From Candidatus Firestoneibacteriota bacterium (GTDB lineage Bacteria > Oederibacteriota > D2-FULL-39-29 > CAIOVX01), in NCBI GenBank assembly GCA_903861835.1, contig CAIOVX010000035.1, positions 2,220 to 66,219 of the forward strand: 64,000 nucleotides of DNA. Direction: 5' to 3'. A model generated the notes under the pieces. That model was not told the DNA's origin, ran no database searches, and was given only the letters and a program-made list of their open reading frames with translations. Position numbers and translations under genes: made by a program. Every line of letters starts with the position of its first letter. Within the stretch, counting starts at the first letter, position 1. Positions 17,567 to 26,054 of the stretch are shown here, one piece after another.

Positions 17567-18651
17567 AAACCAATTGCTGGGAAATACTTGATTGTCCGCA
17601 AAAGGAATGTCCTGCGCACGGCGAGCCGAATGAGAAATGCTGGCTGCTGGGTGGAACTTTCTGCAACGATAAGATCAGCGGGTCCTGCATAGAGAAGATG
17701 TCTGCCTGCCTTGACTGCAGGGTTTTTGAGGATAATTTCGATCCGGCCGACTGTCTTCAAACACTCGAGGTCATGTCGGAGCAATTTAGATCTGTCACAA
17801 AGAAACTGCTGGCAGAAAAGGAAGAACTTAACGAGACCCAGAAGAAACTGTCGGAATTTAAAACCACAAGCGTTTATCTCTTAAAGGAACTGGATAAAAA
17901 GAACAGGGAGATAGGCGAGACCGTCAAGAATAGAACGGCTGAACTGAAGGAGGCGGAATCCAGACTCTCACAGGCGGCAAAGGTAGCCGCTCTGAGCAGG
18001 TTCTCCGCCGGCATCGCGCACGAGATAAACAACCCGCTGGGAGCCGTGATCAATTACATAAGAACCGCTCTTTCTGATCCGGAGCTCAAGACAGACGCAA
18101 GAAATTACTTGGAACAAAGCTTAAAGGGCCTGTTTCGAATAGATAATGTAGTTAAACAGATTCTCAGCTATTCCGGGCGGCAGAATCTCGAACCCGTGGA
18201 CATCAATAAATTGCTTTTAGAACTTGCCGAATTCAACAGATTTAGACTTAAAGAGAAATCTGTCAAAGTGACTCTGGAACTCGCACCGGACCTGCCGAGG
18301 ACATACGCCGACCCATCTCAGTTGAGCCAGGTTTTTAACAATATCTTAAAGAATGCGGCTGATGCGATGGAGAAAACAGAAAGAAAGGAGGCTGTGGTCT
18401 CGACTTTTTCTAACAGTGCCGGTATCTTAATCGTTTTCAAGGACAGCGGAGTAGGCATAACGCCTGAGCAAAAAGAAAAACTCTTCACGCCTTTCTTTAC
18501 TACAAAGGAAGTAGGAGAAGGGACAGGCCTCGGTTTGTTTATTAGTTATAATATTATTCAGGTGCTTAGAGGCACACTCGACATCAATAACATTCCGAAA
18601 GGCGGCACGGCCGTCACCATAACCTTGCCGGCATATAAGGAGCTCAAATGA
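17563..18651 (+). CDS. cytoplasmic sensor histidine kinase with a Cys-rich N-terminal domain
   Basis: There are no TM segments. The first 64 aa carry 9 Cys, including two CW motifs (NCWEILDC, KCWLLGGTFC). A coiled coil follows, then the H-box AGIAHEINNPLGAV and HATPase N/G boxes (NILKNAADA, DSGVGI, GTGLGL). Confidence 0.85.
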   Translation: MKTNCWEILDCPQKECPAHGEPNEKCWLLGGTFCNDKISGSCIEKMSACLDCRVFEDNFDPADCLQTLEVMSEQFRSVTKKLLAEKEELNETQKKLSEFKTTSVYLLKELDKKNREIGETVKNRTAELKEAESRLSQAAKVAALSRFSAGIAHEINNPLGAVINYIRTALSDPELKTDARNYLEQSLKGLFRIDNVVKQILSYSGRQNLEPVDINKLLLELAEFNRFRLKEKSVKVTLELAPDLPRTYADPSQLSQVFNNILKNAADAMEKTERKEAVVSTFSNSAGILIVFKDSGVGITPEQKEKLFTPFFTTKEVGEGTGLGLFISYNIIQVLRGTLDINNIPKGGTAVTITLPAYKELK

Positions 18652-19994
18652 CAGAACGCGGTCCGCGGATACTTTTAATAGAAGATGACGACCTTATGCT
18701 CAATATGCTTGAGGATAATCTAGGCAGAGCCGGGTTTTCAACGGCTTCCGCCATTGACGGCATTGAAGGCGTAGACAAATTCAAGAAAAGTGATTTCGAG
18801 TTGGTCATCCTGGACTTAAAATTGCCGAAACTTGACGGAATTTCCGTACTTAAACGCATTAAAGAGGCGGCTCCGGATACCGTATGTATCATTATGACTG
18901 GTTACGGCACGGTAGAAACAGCCGTCCAGGCGATGAAACTTGGCGCTTTCGATTACCTGACTAAACCGTTCCTGGTTGAAGAGATGCTGCTGCTTGTTAA
19001 AAACGGCCTTGAACTGCAGTCCCTCAAAAAAGAAAATATGATACTAAGAAACAGGATTGGCCCTTCCGGCTCGCTCGGAAATATAATAGGAAAGAGCAGG
19101 GTAATGGAAAATGTCTTCAGACTTATAGAGTCCGTCGCCCAATACAACACCACGGTTCTCATTCAAGGGGAAAACGGCACCGGCAAGGAACTGGCCGCGG
19201 AAGCCATACATAAACTCAGCCCGAGAAAAAACGGGCCGCTCATCAAATTAAACTGCAGCGCTTTGCCTGAAGCCCTGCTGGAAAGCGAGCTCTTCGGTCA
19301 TGAGAAAGGCGCTTTTACGGATGCCATCAGAAAAAAAATAGGAAGGTTTGAGCTTGCCGACGGCGGCACAATCTTTCTTGACGACATTGATGATATGAAA
19401 CCTTCGGCTCAGGTTAAATTGCTCAGGGTTCTTCAGCAACGGGAGTTTGAGCGGGTAGGCGGAACCGAGACCATAAAAACAGATGTCAGGGTTATTTCTG
19501 CCACCAAAGCTGACCTTCGGGAAAAAATAAAAGACGGTTCCTTTAGAGAAGATCTTTATTACAGACTGAATGTAGTCCAGGTTAACCTGCCGCCGCTAAG
19601 GGAACGGAGCGGAGATATTCCCTCCCTGGCGTCGCATTTCCTAAAGAAGTTCAATGGCACAACAAAGAAAGAAACTGAACTGGATCCGGCAGTGCTGCTG
19701 GCAATGGGGAGTTATTACTGGCCGGGAAATATACGTGAACTTGAAAACATGATGGAACGCCTAGTAAGCCTTGCGGCAAAGAAAGAGATAACGGTCTCAG
19801 AACTCCCCGCCTATTTTATAGAGAAGACAGCCTGGAAAGAATCCAGCCTTGATTCTGTCGTAAGGAAGGCGGAGAAGGAACACATACTGCTTACTTTAGA
19901 ACACGCCGGCGGCGTAAAGAAGAAGACAGCGGAGATACTTGGAATTTCAGCAAAAACACTCTGGGAAAAGTCCAAAGAATACGGAATAGACTAA
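18648..19994 (+). CDS. sigma-54-dependent response regulator (NtrC family: REC + AAA+ + Fis-type HTH)
   Basis: The REC domain has ILLIEDD...VILDLKLP. The AAA+ domain has Walker A GENGTGKE and the sigma-54 contact loop ESELFGHEKGAFTDA, plus GNIRELEN. The C-terminal HTH is KKKTAEILGISAKTLWEK. It overlaps the kinase stop. Confidence 0.9.
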   Translation: MTERGPRILLIEDDDLMLNMLEDNLGRAGFSTASAIDGIEGVDKFKKSDFELVILDLKLPKLDGISVLKRIKEAAPDTVCIIMTGYGTVETAVQAMKLGAFDYLTKPFLVEEMLLLVKNGLELQSLKKENMILRNRIGPSGSLGNIIGKSRVMENVFRLIESVAQYNTTVLIQGENGTGKELAAEAIHKLSPRKNGPLIKLNCSALPEALLESELFGHEKGAFTDAIRKKIGRFELADGGTIFLDDIDDMKPSAQVKLLRVLQQREFERVGGTETIKTDVRVISATKADLREKIKDGSFREDLYYRLNVVQVNLPPLRERSGDIPSLASHFLKKFNGTTKKETELDPAVLLAMGSYYWPGNIRELENMMERLVSLAAKKEITVSELPAYFIEKTAWKESSLDSVVRKAEKEHILLTLEHAGGVKKKTAEILGISAKTLWEKSKEYGID

Positions 19995-20148
19995 TTTGGC
20001 GTCTTAAGCGCTTTTATTTACACTCTCCCATTAATCACTGCCTTTTGTTATTCCGCGCTTTCATTACATTTTGAGTTAACGTTACCTTTTCGTAATGCCT
20101 CCGGATGCTCTGCCTCAATAAAACCCTTATTTTACAATGCTACTGTTC

Positions 20149-20164
20149 TGGCATGCTTCTTGCT
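20149..20164 (+). promoter_or_regulatory. sigma-54 (-24/-12) promoter
   Basis: The sequence is TGGCAT-GCTTC-TTGCT, against the consensus TGGCAC-N5-TTGCW. It lies 155 nt downstream of the EBP gene stop and 16 nt upstream of a GGAGG SD (20180-20184). Confidence 0.7.
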
Positions 20165-20188
20165 CTAATATTATATGACGGAGGAAAC

Positions 20189-20566
20189 TTGACTGTGCCG
20201 AAACTAAACATAAGGCCTTTTGACCTCGCCTTTTCAATCATTATATTGGCCTTACTTTTTGCCGTTCCTTACTGGTATCAACACAGGGATTCAGGGGTAC
20301 TAAAAGAAGTTAAAGTATTCAAAGAGAATAAACTGATTGCTGTTGGGCCAATTGACGCGGACAGGCTGATAACGGTCGGAAAGATGGAGATAGAGATCAA
20401 GAACGGCAAAGTTAGGGTTTTACACTCTGACTGTCCCAAAGGACTCTGCGTTGGCTTTGGACGGATATCTTCCCCGGGAGAGTCTATTGTATGCGTGGCA
20501 AACAAAGTTTTGGTAGAAGTGTCCGGTAAGACGGGCGACGACGATATCGTTGCAATGAGCTACTAA
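20189..20566 (+). CDS. NusG domain II-containing membrane-anchored protein
   Basis: It has an N-terminal TM anchor (FDLAFSIIILALLFAVPYW) and the NusG_II signature region IEIKNGKVRVLHSDCPKGLCVGFGRISSPGESIVCVANKVLVEV. The start is moved from the ORF-track ATG 20105, which lies upstream of the sigma-54 promoter, to TTG 20189. GTG 20195 is an alternative start. Confidence 0.55.
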   Translation: MTVPKLNIRPFDLAFSIIILALLFAVPYWYQHRDSGVLKEVKVFKENKLIAVGPIDADRLITVGKMEIEIKNGKVRVLHSDCPKGLCVGFGRISSPGESIVCVANKVLVEVSGKTGDDDIVAMSY

Positions 20567-20567
20567 A

Positions 20568-21671
20568 ATGAAAAACGAAAAGAAAATACAGAAAATAGCG
20601 CTGCTCGTCTCCTGCGCATCTGTGCTGCAGGCAGCCGAGTTTTTGGTACCGAGCCCAATTCCCGGCGTAAAACTCGGGCTCGCGAACATAATAACGCTTA
20701 TTGTCCTCGCCGACATGGGCTTCATTCCGGCCCTTGAAATCGCGATTCTCAGAACTGTTGTGAGTTCTCTTTTCCTGGGGACTTTCCTTTCACCTACATT
20801 TATTATGAGCCTGTCCGGCGCGCTCACGAGCACGCTCCTCATGGGCCTGACATTTCGATACCTGGGATTTATCAGCACAAGCGTCTTAGGGTCTGTTGTC
20901 CACGTTCTTACCCAGTTGCTTGTGGTTTACATTCTGATAATACGCCATCCAGGCGTCTTCGTTCTTATGCCTTGGCTCGGAGCAAGCGCGGTGGTAATGG
21001 GCTGGCTCACAGGGGCGGTCGCTATGAATGTATTCGCCAGAATCAAAGAAGGAGGAATTGCCGATACGCTTCCGGAAGCTCAAGGCATAAAAAAGATTAC
21101 GCGCAATGCGGCTTTTTCCGCGCCAGCAATGATAAAGATAATTCTTACGGCAATAATCTGCACTCTTGTCCTTCTGGTCAACGATCTTAGACTTTATGCG
21201 CTTGTGTTCAGTTTACTCCTTGCCGCCTCTTCAATCCTGAAAACGACTGTTTCAGTTATGTTCTCTGGAGTAAAAAGGCTGCGCATGTTCCTTGTTTTCT
21301 CGCTTATTATCCCGGTGCTTTTCAACCGCGGCGGCGCGGAACTATTCTCTTTCTGGCTGCTTAAGGTTACGCAATCAGGGCTCTTGACCGGGTTACTCTT
21401 CGCATTCAGGCTCATTCTTTTAATGATGGCAACAGGCTTGCTTTCCGCTTCAACTCCTGCCGAAGAACTTGCAGGGAGTCTTAAGAAGATTATCGGGGAA
21501 AGGCTTTCCCGAATAGTAATGATTGCCTGGGAAAACATACCTGTATTCTGGGAGAGGTCACGCCTCTATATAAAACAACATAAGTTTGACAGTTCTATAT
21601 TTAAAAAAGCATTGCCGGTTGCGATAAATCTCGTAGCTTTACTCTACGCGGAGACAGAGAAGGCGCGATAA
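20568..21671 (+). CDS. fusion protein: Gx-transporter family (Hpre_diP_synt_I-like, ECF S-component-like) N-half plus EcfT/CbiQ-like C-half
   Basis: The N-half motif PIPGVKLGLANIITLIVLADMGF...LRTVVSSLFLGTFLSPTF is typical of the Gx transporter family. The C-half (from about aa 185) has the EcfT-like pattern LLTGLLFAFRLILLMMATGLLSASTPAEELAGSLKKI. The whole protein has about 10 predicted TM segments. Confidence 0.6.
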   Translation: MKNEKKIQKIALLVSCASVLQAAEFLVPSPIPGVKLGLANIITLIVLADMGFIPALEIAILRTVVSSLFLGTFLSPTFIMSLSGALTSTLLMGLTFRYLGFISTSVLGSVVHVLTQLLVVYILIIRHPGVFVLMPWLGASAVVMGWLTGAVAMNVFARIKEGGIADTLPEAQGIKKITRNAAFSAPAMIKIILTAIICTLVLLVNDLRLYALVFSLLLAASSILKTTVSVMFSGVKRLRMFLVFSLIIPVLFNRGGAELFSFWLLKVTQSGLLTGLLFAFRLILLMMATGLLSASTPAEELAGSLKKIIGERLSRIVMIAWENIPVFWERSRLYIKQHKFDSSIFKKALPVAINLVALLYAETEKAR

Positions 21672-21729
21672 CGGAGGAATCATTTATTCCGCAACACCGC
21701 AAAAAAACGTAAAAAATATAGGAGGCAGG

Positions 21730-23025
21730 ATGAAAAGTAAATTCATAAAGTTAACAATGTGCGCGGCGTTTCTTTCGCTTCTTTCCGCGGTTAACGCGCA
21801 GGAAACCTCGGTTTCCACAAAAAGCGACGCCCAGTCCGGCACAAAGGCAGCGCCATCAGCGCTCAACACCGAGCTCAAGCCCGCGCCGGAAAAAGCAGAA
21901 GCCAAAACTTCCGCAAATTCAGGGAATAGCGGCGGAACAGTAGGAGGGAACTTCAAGTTCTATCTGTATGACAAATCGGAGGGAGTAACCAACGGGTCTG
22001 CTTCAAGCGAGAGAGCTCTTACCGGCATGACCAGTTTCTATATGTTCATAAACAAAGATCTCTCAGAAAACGTTTCCCTCGAAATAGATCCTGAAATATC
22101 AGTAAGCGGAGGTGCAACCCCTAAACTGGGAGCGGCATTTCCGTCTCCGTCAACAAGCCCGACGCTCAGTCTCGGATTACTTAAAGCCCAGATCACCGTA
22201 AAACTCCCGGAAAGTGTGGAACTAACCGCCGGATCTCTGCGCACTCTTTTCACTGAAGATTATGGAAACATGCTCTGGTACGAGGATGAGTTTTTTGGCA
22301 ACTACGCGGTATGCGGGGGATATTACGGAACCCTCGATGATACAGGCATAGAGCTTTACAAGAACTTTGAGCTTGGTCCGGTTTCTCTGCCGTCATATTT
22401 ATATATCCTTGGCGGCGGCATGAACATGCTCGTCAGTAACACCAATTCCAGAGGTTTCCTCGCTCACATTACTCCCGAGATAGGGCCGTTCAAGTTTATG
22501 GGCTCGTATTTCTCGACCATGGACGTTTCCGGCAATAACCCGATTAACAGATATTCTGCCGGCGTTGCGTTTAATTACGACGCGTTTATGTTTAGGTCTG
22601 AGTATATGGGAGGAACCTGGAATAACGTCAAGATGTACGCCAATACTGATATCAATGACGCAACTCAGGTCACGAGAAACCTCACCCCTCACTCATATTA
22701 CATGAAAGCGGGTTACAAGATATTGCCGTGGGTGAGGTTCTTGATGGTATATGCTCACTATGACCAGGATTTCAGCAGTTTACCGAAGTCTGCTGCGGTA
22801 ATTGGCGGCGGAGCGACTGCAGCGGCGAACAAACAATCTTTTGCCTATGAAACATACACTGAACTGTCGCCTATTTTGAACTTCTATGTAACTCCTGATT
22901 CCATTATTTACCTTCAGGTAATAAATGTAGAGAATTCCAGCATAAGCCTTTTGCCAAGCGCTGCTTACAGCACCGCCGAACTGAACTATAACCGGTTGGT
23001 AGTTGGCTGGAGAACAACTTTCTAA
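21730..23025 (+). CDS. porin-like outer-membrane beta-barrel protein
   Basis: It has a signal peptide (AAFLSLLSAVNA/QE) and a low-complexity linker. Amphipathic beta-strands rich in Y/G/N follow, and the C-terminus is LVVGWRTTF (terminal Phe). A GGAGG SD is present. Confidence 0.5.
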   Translation: MKSKFIKLTMCAAFLSLLSAVNAQETSVSTKSDAQSGTKAAPSALNTELKPAPEKAEAKTSANSGNSGGTVGGNFKFYLYDKSEGVTNGSASSERALTGMTSFYMFINKDLSENVSLEIDPEISVSGGATPKLGAAFPSPSTSPTLSLGLLKAQITVKLPESVELTAGSLRTLFTEDYGNMLWYEDEFFGNYAVCGGYYGTLDDTGIELYKNFELGPVSLPSYLYILGGGMNMLVSNTNSRGFLAHITPEIGPFKFMGSYFSTMDVSGNNPINRYSAGVAFNYDAFMFRSEYMGGTWNNVKMYANTDINDATQVTRNLTPHSYYMKAGYKILPWVRFLMVYAHYDQDFSSLPKSAAVIGGGATAAANKQSFAYETYTELSPILNFYVTPDSIIYLQVINVENSSISLLPSAAYSTAELNYNRLVVGWRTTF

Positions 23026-23040
23026 GAGATTGCAAAGGCG

Positions 23041-23064
23041 GGCGGCCGGGTAAAACCGGCCGCC
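23041..23064 (+). promoter_or_regulatory. intercistronic GC-rich hairpin (porin gene to apbE), no T-tract
   Basis: It is a perfect 9-bp stem, GGCGGCCGG (23041-23049) with CCGGCCGCC (23056-23064), and the loop GTAAAA. Confidence 0.4.
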
Positions 23065-23086
23065 TTCCAAACCAAAGAGGCATAAG

Positions 23087-24103
23087 ATGAGGCTGACGGT
23101 AAAGTTACTCAACATAGCGTTCTTTTGCGCGGCTCTTCCGCTGTTCTCATCAACCGGTCCGGACGGTGAGCTGACCAAAAGGACGCGCTACCTGATGGAC
23201 ACCTATTGTTCCGTCCTGGCTCCTGTAAAAGGAGACATGAAGACAGCGGCGGCGCTTGATCTTGCCCTGGACAGAGTCGAGGAGCTTGACAAAAAGTTCA
23301 GCGCTTTCAGGCCCGGCGGACAGGTATATGAGTTTAATAAAAATGGTACTCCGATAACTGATCCGGAGACGCTTGAACTTGTAAAGAGATGCCTTGATAT
23401 GAATGTAAAAAGCGGGGGAGCCTTTGATATCACCGTCACTCCTCTTGTAAGGCTCTGGGGTTTCTACGGAGAACTTCCCAAAAAGCCGAAGATTCCCGGG
23501 AAGGAAGAGATTGCTGCCGCTATGAAACAAATTGGGCCGGGAAGCATCGAATTGAAAGACGGCAGGCTTATCAAACTGCGCGCTTCGGCGGAAATTGACC
23601 TGGGAGCCGGGGCAAAGGCGTATGCAGTAGGCGAAGCTATGAAAAGCCTGAAAGCGTCCGGCGTAAAGAGCGCGATGGTGGACCTTGGAGGCGACCTTTA
23701 CGCAATAGGACTGTACAACGGTAAAGCATGGAAAGCAGGCATAAAAAAACCCCGCGGCGAGGGCGCTCTTGGAATAATCGGAATGACAGACCTTTCAATG
23801 TCGACTTCCGGAGATTACGAGCGATTTTACGAAATTGACGGGAAGCGTTACTGCCATATAATAGATCCGGTAAAAGGCGTTCCCGCTTCGGAACTCATTA
23901 GTGTTGCCATTATTACCCCTGATGCAACGATGGCCAACCTGCTTTCGACTTCGGTCTTCGTGCTTGGAAGGGATAAAGGGCTCAAGCTAATAGAGAAATA
24001 TCCCGGGACTGAAGCTATTATAATACGCGCGAACGGAGAGATTACTCTCACTGAGGGGCTAAAAAAGCTATTTTCTCTAAAAGAGAAAGGAGGAAAGAAA
24101 TGA
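23087..24103 (+). CDS. apbE: FAD:protein FMN transferase (ApbE family), exported
   Basis: It has a signal peptide. ApbE-like blocks are present: MDTYCSVLA (the MGT-type N-terminal block), FDITVTPLVRLWGF, IDLGAGAKAYAVGEA, VDLGGDLYAIG, MSTSGDYERFY and HIIDPVKG. Confidence 0.85.
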   Translation: MRLTVKLLNIAFFCAALPLFSSTGPDGELTKRTRYLMDTYCSVLAPVKGDMKTAAALDLALDRVEELDKKFSAFRPGGQVYEFNKNGTPITDPETLELVKRCLDMNVKSGGAFDITVTPLVRLWGFYGELPKKPKIPGKEEIAAAMKQIGPGSIELKDGRLIKLRASAEIDLGAGAKAYAVGEAMKSLKASGVKSAMVDLGGDLYAIGLYNGKAWKAGIKKPRGEGALGIIGMTDLSMSTSGDYERFYEIDGKRYCHIIDPVKGVPASELISVAIITPDATMANLLSTSVFVLGRDKGLKLIEKYPGTEAIIIRANGEITLTEGLKKLFSLKEKGGKK

Positions 24104-24675
24104 AAAATAGAATGTTTGCACTTGCAATGGGAGTTGTATGTTTTCTTGCGTTAAGCGGCACCTGCCGCGCTGTTGAGCTTTTGACAAGCGACCAGGCTGT
24201 CAAGGAAATGTTTCCTGATGCCGACAAGGTTGACACCGTGAAGAAAACTCTCGATGCCAAACAGCTTGCCGCAATAAAGGAGAAACTTGGAGGCACGCTT
24301 GTTTACAAAGGTTCTGGAAAAGGCAACACCTGGAAACCTGAAACGGAATATACTGTTTACTATGGGGTTAAGGGCGGAGAAAAGACCGGCGTGGCTATAA
24401 TGGAAGAGGAACCGGGCAAGTGGGGACCGGTAAAATATATAGTTCTTCTTGACCCCAAGACTGCCAAAGTAAAAAACATGGCTGTTATGTCCCTCTCGGA
24501 AAAACGCGGGCGCCCTATCTCAACAAAAAACTTCCTTTCCCAGTTCACGGGTAAAGGGGAAGGCGTGTCAATAGGCAAAGGCGTCACCGGTGTTTCCGGC
24601 GCCACAATTTCCTCGGAATGCACCTGTTTTACGGTAAACAAGGTCATAGCTATCTACCAGGAGCTGTCAAAGTAG
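24100..24675 (+). CDS. secreted FMN_bind-domain protein (predicted ApbE flavinylation substrate)
   Basis: It has a signal peptide (VCFLALSGTCRA/VE) and the C-terminal flavinylation-type motif GVTGVSGATISSE (S-G-A-T). It shows an ATGA overlap with apbE. Confidence 0.7.
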   Translation: MKNRMFALAMGVVCFLALSGTCRAVELLTSDQAVKEMFPDADKVDTVKKTLDAKQLAAIKEKLGGTLVYKGSGKGNTWKPETEYTVYYGVKGGEKTGVAIMEEEPGKWGPVKYIVLLDPKTAKVKNMAVMSLSEKRGRPISTKNFLSQFTGKGEGVSIGKGVTGVSGATISSECTCFTVNKVIAIYQELSK

Positions 24676-24682
24676 TTTCCCC

Positions 24683-26050
24683 ATGGAACTCAGAGACGCA
24701 TTTCCGCTAAATATCCCTGCCGGTAACGAGGTCGGTGAACGGAACAAGTGGTTCATCGACCTCCGCTGGCTTGCCGTAATCGGCGTGGCAGGTGTAGTGA
24801 CCTCAGCCGCGGTAATATTCAAAATAACGCTGCCGCTTGGCTACTTATACACCGGAGCAGCGCTGCTTGCAGGATACAACGCAGGCTTTCTGTTTTACTG
24901 GAAACGTCTCGCTTCAAGTCCTAAAGAAGACAATGGAGGGCATAACCTGTTCGCGAATGTGCAGGTCGCCATGGACCTGCTTATACTGACCTACTTTCTG
25001 CATTTCGGCGGGAGCATTGAAAATCCATTTGTTTACTATTTCATATTTCACATGGTCATCGCGGGTATTCTGCTTTCCAACAGGGCAGCCTACGCTCACG
25101 GCGCTTTTGCCGTGTTTTTGATAGGGTCAACTTCTTTCCTTGAATACGCCGGCGTTATTCCCCATTACCATGTGGCAGGATTCCCTGACTCTGAGATGAT
25201 CTACAACTTCAAATACCTCATAGGATCTCTCGGAGTACTTTCTTCAACGCTCTTCATTACCATATTTATGGCGGCCACCGTCGTCAACAAACTGAGAGAC
25301 CGTGAAGAAAAACTTGACGCGGCGAACAAATTGCTTGCGGAGCAGGACAGCCTCAAGTCGCAGTACGTGCTGACGGTTTCCCATGACCTCAAGTCCTCGG
25401 TATCAACTATCCAAAGCTGCCTTAAGGTTGTGCTGAAAGGTCTGACCGGCAGTATTGGGCCTAAATCTGCGGAAATGTTATCCAGAGCGGAGCGCCGCAG
25501 CATTTACATGCTTGACTTCATAAGCGACCTGTTAAATCTTTCAAGCATAAGAGCCGACAGGAACCTGCGAAAAAGTCAAGTATCCATCTCTATGATTGCT
25601 GAACGCATGGTTGACAATTTTGGGCAGCGTTTCACAGCCAAAAAAATCAAGTTTGAGTTTAACGATCTGCTCGAAGAAGCAATTATTTTAGCGAATGAGG
25701 ACTCAATTGAAAGGGTCTTCGTAAACCTTCTGGAAAACGCAGTAAGATATACGCCTTCAGGCGGAAAAATAAGCATGGAATTAAAGAACAAAGACGGTAA
25801 TATAGAGGTAGCAGTAAAAGACACCGGTATAGGAATCGCTGAAGAAGACCAGAAATCACTCTTTAAGGATTTTTACAGGGCAGAGAATGCCCGTATGATT
25901 GAGAAAGACGGTACCGGCCTGGGCCTATCTATTGTAAAACAGATACTTGATTCTCATGAAGGGAAAATATGGCTTGAAAGCAGGCTTGGTCAGGGCAGCA
26001 GGTTCATATTTACGCTGCCTGCCGCAACCGGGTATCCGGGGGAGGTTTAA
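24683..26050 (+). CDS. membrane-embedded sensor histidine kinase (about 6 TM, no large periplasmic domain)
   Basis: It has hydrophobic N-terminal helices, then the H-box LTVSHDLKSS and HATPase boxes (NLLENAVRYT, DTGIGI, GTGLGLSIV). It starts 8 nt after the FMN_bind gene. Confidence 0.85.
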   Translation: MELRDAFPLNIPAGNEVGERNKWFIDLRWLAVIGVAGVVTSAAVIFKITLPLGYLYTGAALLAGYNAGFLFYWKRLASSPKEDNGGHNLFANVQVAMDLLILTYFLHFGGSIENPFVYYFIFHMVIAGILLSNRAAYAHGAFAVFLIGSTSFLEYAGVIPHYHVAGFPDSEMIYNFKYLIGSLGVLSSTLFITIFMAATVVNKLRDREEKLDAANKLLAEQDSLKSQYVLTVSHDLKSSVSTIQSCLKVVLKGLTGSIGPKSAEMLSRAERRSIYMLDFISDLLNLSSIRADRNLRKSQVSISMIAERMVDNFGQRFTAKKIKFEFNDLLEEAIILANEDSIERVFVNLLENAVRYTPSGGKISMELKNKDGNIEVAVKDTGIGIAEEDQKSLFKDFYRAENARMIEKDGTGLGLSIVKQILDSHEGKIWLESRLGQGSRFIFTLPAATGYPGEV

Positions 26051-26054
26051 AGCT

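Noticed and set aside
19995-20030. A possible terminator hairpin after the sigma-54 activator gene (GGCGTCTTAAGCGCTTTTATTT).
   Set aside because: The arms can only pair with essentially no loop and with a bulge, so it is not a credible stem-loop despite the following T-rich run.
20105-20188. ORF-track N-terminal extension of the NusG_II gene (MLCLNKTLILQCYCSGMLLALILYDGGN).
   Set aside because: The extension starts upstream of the sigma-54 -24/-12 element and of the GGAGG SD. It would place a Cys-rich hydrophobic stretch before the real signal anchor. A downstream TTG or GTG start fits better.
25947-26054. ORF-track N-terminal extensions that overlap upstream genes: 25947 for the response regulator, 36481 for suhB, 27099 for the SBP::permease, 37995 for GH4, 59668 for hup, 63239 for spoVG and 43701 for the rodZ-like gene.
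   Set aside because: In every case an internal ATG preceded by a GGAGG-type SD, or a promoter overlapping the upstream start, gives an N-terminus matching the family consensus. The extensions lie inside the upstream gene or on top of the SD or -35 box.
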